Shown here one piece after another: positions 1-9,924 of a DNA stretch of 44,838 nucleotides. Both the position numbers and the translations under genes were made by a program. The notes below the pieces were generated by a model. That model was not told where the DNA came from, ran no database searches, and worked only from the letters and a program-made list of their open reading frames with translations. How positions within the stretch are numbered: position 1 is the stretch's first letter; each line of letters begins with the position of its first letter. Source of the DNA: Sedimentibacter sp. (GTDB lineage: Bacteria > Bacillota > Clostridia > Tissierellales > Sedimentibacteraceae); assembly GCF_032080165.1 (NCBI RefSeq), contig NZ_DAMASY010000001.1, positions 496,247 through 541,084 on the forward strand. Reading direction: 5' to 3'.

Positions 1-779
1 CAACTAGAACAGTTAAAAATGGCAAATTCTTTGTTGATATTAAGGTAGCTGATAATGATGCAGATGGGGATACAACTACCTTGGAATATGAAGGAACAAC
101 AGCTGATAACTACTATTCAGTAGGTACACATACCATCCGAGTACGAGCGAAGGACATAGTTGGAACATATTCGCCATGGGTAGAAAAAAGCTTTACAATT
201 GTAAACTCAGCTCCAACGGCTCCTGTAATTAGTAGAACTCCAAATGGAAATAGTGTTGCCCCTGGAACAAAGGTGACTATTACAGCTAGTAGTACTGATG
301 CAGATAACGATCCAATCACTTATATTTGGGAAGGGCGTAATGCAGAACAACAGGTATATCCGTTAGGGAAAAATGTAGTTCGTGTTAAGGCAGTAGATTC
401 AACAGGTGCAGAATCTCCTTGGGCAGCAATTGTATTCTTTGTTGCAGATTCCAATGGTGGTGGAGGAATGATTTTGACGGGTCCAGATTCTGTTATTTTA
501 GAAAATGGATTAGAAGGTGCAACTATAACAGAATATACTTTTACTGTTCCACCTGTATCAGGACATAGCGGAAGTGACCATGGCCGAGTTCGAGGATACA
601 ATGTATTGACAAAGCAGTGGGATCAGCTTGATTATGGAACTACAAGCAATGGAATTACATTTAGTAGAACTCTTGGTGCTGGTGTTTATTCTAAACTAGA
701 ATTTTATTACTATACCAACCATAACTGTATGTATAACAAATCAAATATCACCTATTCCGTTAATTATCACTTTGAATAA
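1..779 (+). CDS. C-terminal part of a repeat-containing (Ig/PKD-like) surface protein; the ORF is open to the window start, so the 5' end is missing
   Basis: The reading frame of ORF 81..779 stays open back to nt 3. Two related segments recur (TAPVISRTPNGNSVAPGTKVTITASSTDADNDPITY and VYPLGKNVVRVKAVDSTGAESPW). A GGGG linker is present. It sits directly upstream of the pilus locus. Confidence 0.5.
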   Translation, partial: TRTVKNGKFFVDIKVADNDADGDTTTLEYEGTTADNYYSVGTHTIRVRAKDIVGTYSPWVEKSFTIVNSAPTAPVISRTPNGNSVAPGTKVTITASSTDADNDPITYIWEGRNAEQQVYPLGKNVVRVKAVDSTGAESPWAAIVFFVADSNGGGGMILTGPDSVILENGLEGATITEYTFTVPPVSGHSGSDHGRVRGYNVLTKQWDQLDYGTTSNGITFSRTLGAGVYSKLEFYYYTNHNCMYNKSNITYSVNYHFE

Positions 780-793
780 ATGGAGGAATCACT

Positions 794-1024
794 ATGAATA
801 AGATAATGATAAAAACAAAAAACTTTTTAGTAAGACAAGCAGTGGCTGTAAAGATTGCAATTAAAAATAACCGTGGAGAAGGGTATATTGATACTGCAGT
901 AAAAATCCTTATTGCCGTAGTCTTAGGAGCATTGCTCCTTGCTGGCCTGTATGCATTATTCGGTGAAGTGGTTATGCCGACATTAGAAGAGCGAATCAAA
1001 GAAATGTTTAACTATGCAGGCTAG
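794..1024 (+). CDS. small Flp/Tad-type prepilin-like protein (class III signal-peptide-like N-terminus)
   Basis: GGAGG RBS. The product is 76 aa with a charged leader, RGEGYID, then a ~20-residue hydrophobic stretch (AVKILIAVVLGALLLAGLYALF). The gene is the first of the Tad locus. Paralogous in its N-terminal motif to ORF 6529. Confidence 0.45.
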   Translation: MNKIMIKTKNFLVRQAVAVKIAIKNNRGEGYIDTAVKILIAVVLGALLLAGLYALFGEVVMPTLEERIKEMFNYAG

Positions 1025-1442
1025 TAGCATCCTACAAGGGGTGCTTTTTTCTTCTCTGCTTTTGGTAGCATCTTATACGGATATTAAAAGAAGAGAAATT
1101 CCAGATACAATCTGCGTACTCCTTGTATTAACAGGATTTCTAAAATTTAGTTTTCAAAATCTATTAGGAATATTTGTTGCTTTGCCTTTTCTTATAGCAG
1201 CAATGTTGAAAGAAAAAAGTATTGGAGGCGGAGATATTAAGCTAACTGCCACAGTAGGTTTTGTCCTTGGATTTTGGAAAGGAATCTATGGATTAATAAT
1301 AGGGCTTACCTTATTGATATTGTTTTATATCATGTTAAGAATTTCATCAATCATCAGAAAAAAGCAGGTGGCAAAGAATTTATCTATGCCACTTGCTCCT
1401 TTTTTAGGGATAGGTTTTATAGTGATGTATTTTATAAATTAG
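1014..1442 (+). CDS. prepilin peptidase, A24 family (CpaA/TadV-like)
   Basis: Polytopic membrane protein with two Asp motifs (YTDIKRREIPD and GGGDIKL) typical of TadV/CpaA-type prepilin peptidases. Located inside the Tad locus. Confidence 0.7.
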   Translation: MQASSILQGVLFSSLLLVASYTDIKRREIPDTICVLLVLTGFLKFSFQNLLGIFVALPFLIAAMLKEKSIGGGDIKLTATVGFVLGFWKGIYGLIIGLTLLILFYIMLRISSIIRKKQVAKNLSMPLAPFLGIGFIVMYFIN

Positions 1443-1454
1443 GAGGAATTTACT

Positions 1455-2297
1455 ATGAGTTTTTTTAGGAATAGAACAGTAGTTGGAGTGATTTGTATCG
1501 TATTGTCGCTCCTTATATGTTTTGGTATTACACCATTATTTAATAAAGGGATCAGTCAAAAGACAGAAATTGTGCGTGTGACAAAGGAGATAAAATCAGG
1601 TGATGAAATCACAAAGGATATGGTTCAAGTAGTAGAAGTAGGTGGATTTAATCTACCTGAAAATGTAATTCGTACCAAAGAAACAGTGATTGGTAAATAT
1701 GCAACTTCAGATTTGGGAATTGGAGATTATATTTTAAGTACAAAATTATCAGAAATACCAGCAGCTGAAAATACCTATTTATATAATCTAGATGGAAGTA
1801 AACAGGCAATGTCCATAACTATTAAGACCTTTGCAAATGGTCTTTCAGGAAAGCTACAAAGTGGAGATATTGTATCTGTTATTGCCCCTGATTATAAAAA
1901 GCAAGGTGCAACAGTTATTCCAGCAGAGCTTAAATATGTAGAGGTAATTTCTGTTACTGCCTCATCAGGATATGATGCTAATACAAATGAACAAGGAACA
2001 GAAGATGAAAGAGAACTTCCATCAACAGTAACACTCCTTGTAACCCCTGAACAAGGTAATATTCTAGCAGAATTAGAGGCGGATTCTAAATCACACCTAT
2101 CACTTGTATATCGTGGAAGTCCAGAGAATACAAAGAAATTTATTGATATGCAAGAAGAAATTATAGAAGCTCTCTATTATCCAGTATCAGAAAAACAAAC
2201 GGAAGAGGTATCTGAAGAAGAAATAATAGATGAGGTAATAGATAATTCAAACACATTCTCTGAAGGAGTAGAAGAAACAGGAAGTGAGGGAGAGTAA
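1455..2297 (+). CDS. cpaB: Flp pilus assembly protein CpaB/RcpC-like (N-terminal TM, SAF-like domain, acidic C-terminus)
   Basis: Strong RBS (AGGAGG). Single N-terminal TM helix, then a periplasmic/extracytoplasmic domain. Sits between the prepilin peptidase and the TadZ-like ATPase, as in Tad loci. Confidence 0.6.
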   Translation: MSFFRNRTVVGVICIVLSLLICFGITPLFNKGISQKTEIVRVTKEIKSGDEITKDMVQVVEVGGFNLPENVIRTKETVIGKYATSDLGIGDYILSTKLSEIPAAENTYLYNLDGSKQAMSITIKTFANGLSGKLQSGDIVSVIAPDYKKQGATVIPAELKYVEVISVTASSGYDANTNEQGTEDERELPSTVTLLVTPEQGNILAELEADSKSHLSLVYRGSPENTKKFIDMQEEIIEALYYPVSEKQTEEVSEEEIIDEVIDNSNTFSEGVEETGSEGE

Positions 2298-2298
2298 G

Positions 2299-3111
2299 AT
2301 GTTAAACTTTAAGAAAAACAGTATTTTTACTCGTGGTTCAAGGGATGAAAATATTAAAGAAGAAATCTTACATGGCGGAGTTTTAGCTGTTTGGGGGAGT
2401 CCCGGGAGTGGAAAAACAACAGTAGCCACAAAGATTGCAAAATATCTTGCTGATAAGAAAAAGAATGTAGTGCTGGTATTGTGCGATATGACAGCACCAA
2501 TGCTCTCATGCATCTGCCCGCCACAAGAACTTGAATGCGAAAAATCATTAGGAAGTATCCTTGCTGCAACCCATGTCACAGAGCCACTAGTAAAACACAA
2601 TATGATTACCCATAAAAAGCTGTCATATCTTACGATCCTTGGTATGTTAAAGGGAGAAAACGAATATACCTATCCGCCCTATTCAGAAATACAGGCAAGA
2701 GAGCTGTTTGATAGCCTTCGTGAAATCGCACCATTTATTATTATAGATTGTGGCAGTTATATCGCAAATGATGTACTATCTGCTGTCGCCCTAATGGAGT
2801 CTGATGCTGTATTAAGACTTGTTAATTGTGATTTGAAAAGTATCAGTTATTTATCAAGTCAATTACCTCTTCTTCGTGATGGAAAGTGGGATGCAGATAA
2901 GCAGTATAAAATAGCCTCTAACATTAAACCACAGCAAGGGGTAGACCATATGAGTCAAGCACTTGGAAGTGTAGCCTTTAAGCTTCCACATTCACAGGAA
3001 CTTGAGGAACAATACCTAGCTGGAAATCTCTTCGATGAATTATCCATGAAGGATAGTAAAGCTTTTCGTAAAGAAATAGAGAAGATAGCAAGGGAGGTGT
3101 TCGGATGTTAG
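2299..3111 (+). CDS. cpaE: CpaE/TadZ-like ParA/MinD-family ATPase of the Tad pilus system
   Basis: Deviant Walker A AVWGSPGSGKTTVATKIAKYLA. Lies immediately upstream of cpaF. ATG at 2299 preceded by GAGGGAG. Confidence 0.65.
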   Translation: MLNFKKNSIFTRGSRDENIKEEILHGGVLAVWGSPGSGKTTVATKIAKYLADKKKNVVLVLCDMTAPMLSCICPPQELECEKSLGSILAATHVTEPLVKHNMITHKKLSYLTILGMLKGENEYTYPPYSEIQARELFDSLREIAPFIIIDCGSYIANDVLSAVALMESDAVLRLVNCDLKSISYLSSQLPLLRDGKWDADKQYKIASNIKPQQGVDHMSQALGSVAFKLPHSQELEEQYLAGNLFDELSMKDSKAFRKEIEKIAREVFGC

Positions 3112-4712
3112 GTAAAAAAAGAGATAGTTCTGTGTTTCTAAACACAAAAGGGCAACAGAAAGTAGCACTTCCAAACGAAAATACAGAAAAAGATGAAACT
3201 GAGAGACATATATCTAATGTGAAAGATTTAAATGCAGCTAATGGAAACACTTCAGAGGCAAAAGTAGAATCAAAAGTCTTCAAAAGAGCAATTGAAATGC
3301 TGGAAGTTCAGGAAGTAGAGCAAGAAGTTCAAGAAACACAAAGGGAGTTAGGTTCTGAAAATAGAACTCACTCCCTATTTTTTACCCCTGAAACAGAGGG
3401 TAAGGACTTTTCTACTGTTCTAAAGGACGTTCAAGAATATATTTCAAGTAATTATTCTGTTCTTATTACTGATGGAACTATGAAGGATTCTAAAGAGCAG
3501 ATGAAACGATATATCTCTAAATACGTTCAGGACAGCAGAATCTCAGTAAAAGGTATGAGTGGCAATGAATTAATAGATGCACTTTATACTGAAATGGCTG
3601 AGTATGGTTTTTTAACAAAATATATTTATGGAGAGGGCATTGAAGAAATAGACATTAACTCATGGAAAGACATTGAAGTCCAGTATTCTGATGGAAGAAA
3701 TGAAAAACTTAAAGAAAATTTTGATTCTCCTGAACATGCAATTAATGTAATAAGAAGAATGCTCCATGTTTCAGGAATGGTACTTGATAATGCTAGTCCA
3801 GCTGTCCTTGGTCATCTTACAAAGAACATTCGTATTGCAGTGCTTAAAACTCCCTTAGTGGATGAAGATGTTGGTATTTCAGCCTCTATTCGTATTGTAA
3901 ATCCTCAAAGTATGAAAAAAGAGGACTTTGTAGATGGTGGTACAGCAACAAATCCTATGCTTGAATTTTTATCAGAGTGTATTCGCTATGGTATTTCTGT
4001 CTGTGTGGCAGGAGCAACCAGCTCTGGTAAAACAACAATTGCTGGATGGTTACTTACTACCATTCCTGATAATAAGCGAATATTTACTATTGAAAACGGC
4101 TCACGTGAGCTTGCCTTAGTTCGTGAACAAGAAGGAAGAGTAACTAATTCTGTTATTCATACCATAACACGTGACAGTGAGAATGAAAGGCAAAGAGTAG
4201 ATCAGATTACTTTGCTTGATATGTCTTTAAGATTTAATCCAGATATTATTGTAGTAGGGGAAATGCGTGGAGCAGAGGCTAATGCAGCACAGGAGGCAGC
4301 GAGGACAGGGGTAGCTGTTCTTACTACCATCCATTCAAACTCTTGTGAGGCAACCTATCGCAGAATGGTATCCCTTTGCAAGCGAGCAGTAGATATGTCA
4401 GATGAAACCCTAATGGGATATGTAACAGAGGCTTATCCTATTGTTGTGTTTTGTAAACAACTTGAAAATAAGGAAAGAAAGATGATGGAGATAATGGAAT
4501 GCGAGATCCTTCCAGATGGCAAAAGGAATTACCGTCCATTATATCAATATGTGATTACTGAAAATCGTATGGAGGGTGGGAAATTTATAATTAATGGTTA
4601 CCATGAGCAGATCAATAGCATTTCAGATAGCCTTAGTAAAAGATTCTTAGAAAATGGAATGCCAATTGATATCATAGAGAAATTGAAAACAAAGGAGGTG
4701 GAAACTATATGA
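3105..4712 (+). CDS. cpaF: CpaF/TadA type II/IV secretion ATPase (pilus assembly ATPase)
   Basis: Walker A VCVAGATSSGKTTIAGW. The IIVVGEMRGAEA box and the His box (TIHSNS) are typical of CpaF/VirB11-family ATPases. The N-terminal extension is common in Firmicutes CpaF. Confidence 0.85.
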   Translation: MLGKKRDSSVFLNTKGQQKVALPNENTEKDETERHISNVKDLNAANGNTSEAKVESKVFKRAIEMLEVQEVEQEVQETQRELGSENRTHSLFFTPETEGKDFSTVLKDVQEYISSNYSVLITDGTMKDSKEQMKRYISKYVQDSRISVKGMSGNELIDALYTEMAEYGFLTKYIYGEGIEEIDINSWKDIEVQYSDGRNEKLKENFDSPEHAINVIRRMLHVSGMVLDNASPAVLGHLTKNIRIAVLKTPLVDEDVGISASIRIVNPQSMKKEDFVDGGTATNPMLEFLSECIRYGISVCVAGATSSGKTTIAGWLLTTIPDNKRIFTIENGSRELALVREQEGRVTNSVIHTITRDSENERQRVDQITLLDMSLRFNPDIIVVGEMRGAEANAAQEAARTGVAVLTTIHSNSCEATYRRMVSLCKRAVDMSDETLMGYVTEAYPIVVFCKQLENKERKMMEIMECEILPDGKRNYRPLYQYVITENRMEGGKFIINGYHEQINSISDSLSKRFLENGMPIDIIEKLKTKEVETI

Positions 4713-5638
4713 GTACCATCTTGTTGATTGCCTGTATCGGAATGATTACAGGTTTTTTTATTTTATTTGGAATTTCACCCATTGAGTTTACGGAAGATAT
4801 ATTTAAAAAGCTGATGAGTAAACCAAGGAGCATAAAGGATGAGATTAATGAGACTACAAAACGAAAGAAAGTATCTTTTTTAAGACGTGAAATCATGGAA
4901 GTGCAAGGGATTTTAAAAGTAACAGGGAGAGAAAAGAAGTTTCCTATGCTTTGTGCCTTATCCTTGTTATTGTTTGCCATTGGAGGGTCTATTGCTATCA
5001 TGCTTAATAATTTTTTCTTAGTACCAGTTATGGCAATAGGCTTTATGTTTCTGCCATTTTGGTATGTAAGGCTTACTCAAAGTTATTTTAAAAGGGATAT
5101 TGCTGCAGAGCTTGAAACAGCACTGAGTATTATAACAACAGCTTATTTAAGAAACGAGGATATTCTTACAGCAGTTGAGGAAAACATGAACTACTTAAAT
5201 CCACCTGTATTGTCTGTATTTAAGGGTTTCGTTTCGAGGATAAAGCTAATAAATCCAGATATTATAGGAGCTTTGCAAGCTATGAAAGGACAGATTAATA
5301 ACGCTGTGTTTCGTGAATGGTGTGATGCTTTAATAGCCTGTCAGCTTGATAGAAGTTTAAAGACAACCTTAACACCTATTGTAAGTAAGCTATCGGATAT
5401 GCGTGTAGTAAATGGAGAACTTGAAAACATGGTCTTTGAACCAAGAAAAGAATTCATTACCATGGTTATATTAGTCATTGGAAATATACCTCTTTTGTAT
5501 TTTCTAAATAAAGACTGGTATCAAACGTTAATGCATACATCTCTGGGACAAATTATTCTTTCTATTTGTGCTATGGCTATTTTTATATCAACAGCTTTCG
5601 TAATTAAATTAACTCAACCAATTGAGTATAGGAGGTAG
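4709..5638 (+). CDS. tadB: TadB-like inner-membrane platform protein (T2SS-F domain)
   Basis: Polytopic membrane protein immediately after cpaF, with translationally coupled overlap. Size and hydrophobicity pattern match TadB. Confidence 0.65.
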   Translation: MSTILLIACIGMITGFFILFGISPIEFTEDIFKKLMSKPRSIKDEINETTKRKKVSFLRREIMEVQGILKVTGREKKFPMLCALSLLLFAIGGSIAIMLNNFFLVPVMAIGFMFLPFWYVRLTQSYFKRDIAAELETALSIITTAYLRNEDILTAVEENMNYLNPPVLSVFKGFVSRIKLINPDIIGALQAMKGQINNAVFREWCDALIACQLDRSLKTTLTPIVSKLSDMRVVNGELENMVFEPRKEFITMVILVIGNIPLLYFLNKDWYQTLMHTSLGQIILSICAMAIFISTAFVIKLTQPIEYRR

Positions 5639-5644
5639 CCGAAT

Positions 5645-6517
5645 ATGACATTCTTAATATTTACATTTGGCATACTACTTGCCATTGGTCTATTTCTAAT
5701 TTCTGCTGATTTGCTAAAATTGCCAAGCATTGCAACACAAAAGGCTATGTTATCTTCTGGTAAACAAGGGAAAGAAAAAGCTAAAACCGTAGATACACTT
5801 CTTATGGGATGGGCAGTAAGGATTGCTAAATATATTCCAATGGATGAGTATAAAAAAAGCAGAATGAAAAACACATTAAATGCTGCTGGAATGAACCTGA
5901 CTCCAGAAGAATTTATTTCATCAGCAATATTAAAGTCGGGAATAATTGCTCTACTATTTATCCCTTGCCTTATGATACTTCCACTTATTGCACCGATACT
6001 TATGTTTTTAAGCATTATAATATATTTCAAAGAAATCCGTAAAGCATATGAAATATTAAAGATAAAGAAAGAGAAAATTGAAGTGGAGCTACCAAGATTT
6101 GTAGCAACCATTACTCAGGAGTTAAAGGCAAGCAGAGATGTATTATCTATCTTAGAGAACTTTAAGAAAAATTCTGGAGAAGATTTTACAGATGAATTGG
6201 ATATCTTAACAGCAGATATGCGCTCTTCTTCTTATGAAGCAGCACTTACAAGGTTTGAGGCAAGGATTAATTCACCGATGCTATCGGATATAACGAGAGG
6301 GTTAATTGGTGTTCTTCGTGGAGATGATGGTTCCATGTATTTTCAAATGCTCTCCCATGATATGAAACAACTTGAGCTTCAAAGGTTAAAGGCACAGGCA
6401 ATGAAAATACCACCTAAGATTCGAGTGTTTTCTTTTGTAATGCTTATGTGTTTCTTAATGACCTATATGGCTATTATTGTATATGAAATTATACGTTCCC
6501 TTAGTGGAATGTTCTAG
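5645..6517 (+). CDS. tadC: TadC-like inner-membrane platform protein (T2SS-F domain)
   Basis: Second polytopic platform protein following tadB. It has an N-terminal TM, a cytoplasmic domain and C-terminal TMs. Confidence 0.65.
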   Translation: MTFLIFTFGILLAIGLFLISADLLKLPSIATQKAMLSSGKQGKEKAKTVDTLLMGWAVRIAKYIPMDEYKKSRMKNTLNAAGMNLTPEEFISSAILKSGIIALLFIPCLMILPLIAPILMFLSIIIYFKEIRKAYEILKIKKEKIEVELPRFVATITQELKASRDVLSILENFKKNSGEDFTDELDILTADMRSSSYEAALTRFEARINSPMLSDITRGLIGVLRGDDGSMYFQMLSHDMKQLELQRLKAQAMKIPPKIRVFSFVMLMCFLMTYMAIIVYEIIRSLSGMF

Positions 6518-6528
6518 GAGGTGTCTAT

Positions 6529-6924
6529 GTGTTAAAAATCTTAAAATCCAAACAAGGAGAGGGATATATAGATGTTGCAATTCTTGTGCTTTGCGCCATG
6601 CTTGTTATTGCTCTTGCAGTGAGAGTATTTCCAGCTTTTATTATAAAACAACAGGTAGATACCTTTGCTACAGAGCTTGTAAGGGAAGCAGAAATTGCAG
6701 GAAGGGTAGGATCAGAAACTACAAACAGGGAGCTTATACTTCGAGAAAAGATAGGTATTACACCAACGGTTAAATGGTCGAAGACAGGAAGAATTCAATT
6801 AAATGAAGAGGTAATTGTTACTGTTACTTTTGAAACAAATATAGGTTTTTTTGGAGGATTTGGTTCCTTTCCTGTTACCTTAAGAGCTGATGCTGCTGGG
6901 AAATCAGAAGTATATTGGAAGTAG
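6529..6924 (+). CDS. pilin/pseudopilin-like protein with class III signal-peptide-like N-terminus
   Basis: GTG start with GGAGG RBS. N-terminus KQGEGYIDVAILVLCAMLVIALAV shares the GEGYID + hydrophobic helix motif with ORF 794. Confidence 0.4.
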   Translation: MLKILKSKQGEGYIDVAILVLCAMLVIALAVRVFPAFIIKQQVDTFATELVREAEIAGRVGSETTNRELILREKIGITPTVKWSKTGRIQLNEEVIVTVTFETNIGFFGGFGSFPVTLRADAAGKSEVYWK

Positions 6925-7478
6925 GTGAAATCTTGAATAAAATAAAAAGAATATTAACCGATAAAAAAGGCAGTTCTTTTCCGTTGATTGTTGCAGTGAC
7001 TTTGTGTCTTGTAATGATTTTTACAGGAGTATCAGAATACTTTAGGCTGATGATCATAGCACAAGGTGTGCGTGATGCTGTTCAAGATGCAGTAATTTCT
7101 ACTGTAAATGACAATTATGATGATGTATATCATGGAGTTCGTGAAGGGTATTCAGGAGGATACCAGCCTATGGCAGATGACTTTGAAGAATCTATTGATT
7201 ATGGAGTGATTTATGATAGACTAGATACAATTCTTGGATTAAGTAGGGAAAGTGGATATCATGTTAAGACCACATCAGAAGGAAAAATAGAGTTTAAAAT
7301 ATGGAATTTAGAAGTAGATATAAGGAATGCTCCTTTAGCTTCAGGGGATAGGCCAGATTCAAGATTTGAGGCAGATAGTAGTCTAATGCTTGAAGTACCA
7401 GTATCCTTTGGAGGCAGACTTCTTCCAAGTATGAAGATGAAAATAAAGACAAGTGCAGGCTATACACCTAAGTTTTAA
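6915..7478 (+). CDS. TadE/TadG-like pseudopilin
   Basis: TTG start overlapping the upstream stop. N-terminus KKGSSFPLIVAVTLCLVMIFTGVSEYFR resembles the TadE-like N-terminal motif (single TM followed by E). Last gene of the pilus block before a gap. Confidence 0.4.
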   Translation: MEVGEILNKIKRILTDKKGSSFPLIVAVTLCLVMIFTGVSEYFRLMIIAQGVRDAVQDAVISTVNDNYDDVYHGVREGYSGGYQPMADDFEESIDYGVIYDRLDTILGLSRESGYHVKTTSEGKIEFKIWNLEVDIRNAPLASGDRPDSRFEADSSLMLEVPVSFGGRLLPSMKMKIKTSAGYTPKF

Positions 7479-7574
7479 AAGATTTGAAGAATTTAATAGA
7501 CTTTCAGGAAATCTTGTGGTAGTTTGTAGCTTGAAAGAAACAGATAATTTAGATTAATAAGGAGGCAGAAACCT

Positions 7575-8141
7575 ATGAACAATATAAATGATAAGACAAA
7601 AAGAAGGCTGATTGTAGCGAGTGGTTTAATAATCAGTGTAATACTTATAGTTTTAATAAGTGCTCAGTTTAAGAAAGAATCCATAGAGGATGCAGTACTG
7701 CCAAATCAAAGCATAGAAAAAAATGATATCATAGTAGAAAAACCTGTAATTACAGAAAAAGAAGATGAAATTATAGTACCAGAAATTGAGATTCCAGATA
7801 CGGAAACGATAAATAATGGCGCGATAGATACAGGCACTGAGCAAACCATTCAAGGAGATGTAGAAAAACCGAAAGAGCCTACAGAAGAACAGCTTACAGA
7901 TCCAACACAGAAACCAAATGGTGAGAAAGAGGAAACACCACCTGAACCTGTAGCTCATGACAAGGTGGAGAAACCTACAGAAACACCGAAAAATATTGAT
8001 GTACCACAAGGTGGAGATACCAATAATCAAGGGAAAACTTACTTGCCTGGTTTTGGGTGGATAGAGAATAGTGGAGAAAATCAAGGGACTGTAGATGAAG
8101 ATATGTATGAGAATGGAAATAAGATAGGAAATATGGATTAA
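7575..8141 (+). CDS. membrane-anchored protein with long P/E/T-rich low-complexity extracellular region
   Basis: AGGAGG RBS. N-terminal TM (LIVASGLIISVILIVLISA), then a PEPV/EKP-rich linker and a GW-containing C-terminus. Followed by a strong terminator. Confidence 0.5.
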   Translation: MNNINDKTKRRLIVASGLIISVILIVLISAQFKKESIEDAVLPNQSIEKNDIIVEKPVITEKEDEIIVPEIEIPDTETINNGAIDTGTEQTIQGDVEKPKEPTEEQLTDPTQKPNGEKEETPPEPVAHDKVEKPTETPKNIDVPQGGDTNNQGKTYLPGFGWIENSGENQGTVDEDMYENGNKIGNMD

Positions 8142-8159
8142 ATATAAATAGTAATGAAG

Positions 8160-8186
8160 AACACTGCAGAGATGCAGTGTTTTTTG
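8160..8186 (+). terminator. rho-independent terminator (aacactgca-gaga-tgcagtgtt + T-run)
   Basis: Perfect 9-bp stem with a 4-nt loop, followed by TTTTT. Separates the pilus block from the downstream module. Confidence 0.7.
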
Positions 8187-8204
8187 TTGTAGAAAGGAGA
8201 GCAG

Positions 8205-9896
8205 ATGAAAAAAATATTAAAGATTTTGATAGTATTTATAATGCTATTTAGTTTAATGATGCCGATTGTGGTATTTGCAGTTGGAGATGGAAATATTGAC
8301 TCGGGTGGTGGAGGTATGGGAGATGGAACGAGTACTGATAAGTGGTCTCCTGGTTACGATGGAGTGCGTGTTACTGTAGTTCGAGCAAGTGACCATGCCA
8401 CAGTAACTACCCCTATTGATTTAACAAATAAACAACCTCCATCTACTATGTTTCACTTTGGTAAGGTATCTAAGATTCAATATAATGGTGGAAGAAATTT
8501 ATCTCCTATTCAAGGTGCATATTCTTACATTAATCCATCTCAAACAATGCCAAGAATAGTGAGTACGAATGGTAGTAGCAATATAGCAGCCATAAAGAGC
8601 TATTTTACAGATGAGCAAGTTATCCGCTCAATTGCATCAATAACAGGAATGGATTTCGATATTCTAATTGGTGGAGATTACAAATTACTCTTAGAGCCAA
8701 TGGCATATTACACATTTCAAGGAGTTATGATAGCTACAACTGCAACAGAAGCTGCCATGTATGATGAACAATTAAGTGGATTGCTTAGAAATAAGATGGT
8801 ATTTTTGTCCCATAAAAACTTGCCCCTTGCTATGTTTCTAGAGGTAGGAGATTTGGGATACCCAGCATGGAGCGGCAGTACTACAAAAGCGGCCTCAAAT
8901 GCAGATATAAAATCTTCGCTTGGACTTGGTATCGTGCGTTTTACAGAGCAACCTGAACCACCAATGGTAAGTGCATATGATTACGAATATAGAGTAAATA
9001 CTGAGGTAATCACTTCTGTTATGATTAGTGGAGGACAATCCGACCCTGACAGTCCTACTCGTGTAATCTTTATTATTGATGGAAGAACTTATAATGTCGG
9101 GAATGTATATTACCCAAGTGGCGACTCTCAGCTTGCATGGGTGAAATGGACAACTCCTGATACGGAACAAGATATGGTAATAGATGTAATAGTGAATGGA
9201 CCGGGTAGTACTAGTAAATCAATTATCAATGTTAAGATTGTTGATTTTGATAAAAATCCACCACCAAATCCTGTAGCAGATGATAGAAATGACTCTTTTT
9301 CTCATTCCTCTGTTCCAAACAGAGAAGAAAAAACAAATGCAAATTGGAGCATATGGAGTCCTTGGTGGCGGGCATATTGGGTGTGGCATAGTACAGGAGA
9401 GGACTCGGGATATTGGTGTGACCATGGTTGGTGGGAGTTTGATCTTGAACAATATACAGCGAGGCTTTCAAGTGATATGAGTATTAAAAACGATAGTAAG
9501 AATCCTACTGCAAGTGGAAGTACTTTTAAAAGTGGATATGGAATCAATCAAACAGTGACTGGAAATGTGAGTAGCAATCAAAGTTCAGCAATAACCTATG
9601 TTCAAAATGCAGTTTCCTATTTTCCTGAATTCGGATATGAAACCTATTGGAGGTTATTAGAGCGTGTTTCCAGTGGTTCAAATGCAAGGTTTGAGTTTAA
9701 GAAAAACAATTATTCCACTTATAAGAATCGTACACATTTTACCCCAATATGGATGCCGGATGGTGTATATACAGTAAATACTTGGCTTATAGATGCATGG
9801 ACACCTGATGGAATGCTCTCAATGAATCTTATAGATACATTAACAATAAAGGGAAACTTGTGGCAAGACTGGCATATAGCACCCTTAAATCCTTAA
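8205..9896 (+). CDS. large secreted protein of unknown function (signal peptide; G-rich N-terminal region)
   Basis: AGGAGAG RBS. Classic signal peptide MKKILKILIVFIMLFSLMMPIVVFA. 563 aa with no recognisable catalytic motif. Position suggests a surface/adhesin or cell-wall-spanning component of the conjugation module. Confidence 0.55.
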   Translation: MKKILKILIVFIMLFSLMMPIVVFAVGDGNIDSGGGGMGDGTSTDKWSPGYDGVRVTVVRASDHATVTTPIDLTNKQPPSTMFHFGKVSKIQYNGGRNLSPIQGAYSYINPSQTMPRIVSTNGSSNIAAIKSYFTDEQVIRSIASITGMDFDILIGGDYKLLLEPMAYYTFQGVMIATTATEAAMYDEQLSGLLRNKMVFLSHKNLPLAMFLEVGDLGYPAWSGSTTKAASNADIKSSLGLGIVRFTEQPEPPMVSAYDYEYRVNTEVITSVMISGGQSDPDSPTRVIFIIDGRTYNVGNVYYPSGDSQLAWVKWTTPDTEQDMVIDVIVNGPGSTSKSIINVKIVDFDKNPPPNPVADDRNDSFSHSSVPNREEKTNANWSIWSPWWRAYWVWHSTGEDSGYWCDHGWWEFDLEQYTARLSSDMSIKNDSKNPTASGSTFKSGYGINQTVTGNVSSNQSSAITYVQNAVSYFPEFGYETYWRLLERVSSGSNARFEFKKNNYSTYKNRTHFTPIWMPDGVYTVNTWLIDAWTPDGMLSMNLIDTLTIKGNLWQDWHIAPLNP

Positions 9897-9924
9897 ACAC
9901 TACAGAAAAAGAAAGGTGGATTTT

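Noticed and set aside
1274-1468. 64-aa + strand ORF
   Set aside because: Nested out-of-frame inside the prepilin peptidase gene.
2247-2600. 117-aa and 71-aa minus-strand ORFs
   Set aside because: Antisense to the cpaB/cpaE genes, with no RBS and no motifs.
6477-6773. 98-aa + strand ORF rich in Cys/Arg/Tyr
   Set aside because: Alternative frame across the tadC end and the pilin-like gene 6529..6924. The composition is that of out-of-frame translation.
7653-8084. 143-aa ORF on the minus strand
   Set aside because: Lies entirely antisense within the better-supported + strand gene 7575..8141. Low-complexity, Cys/Phe-rich translation typical of antisense artefacts.
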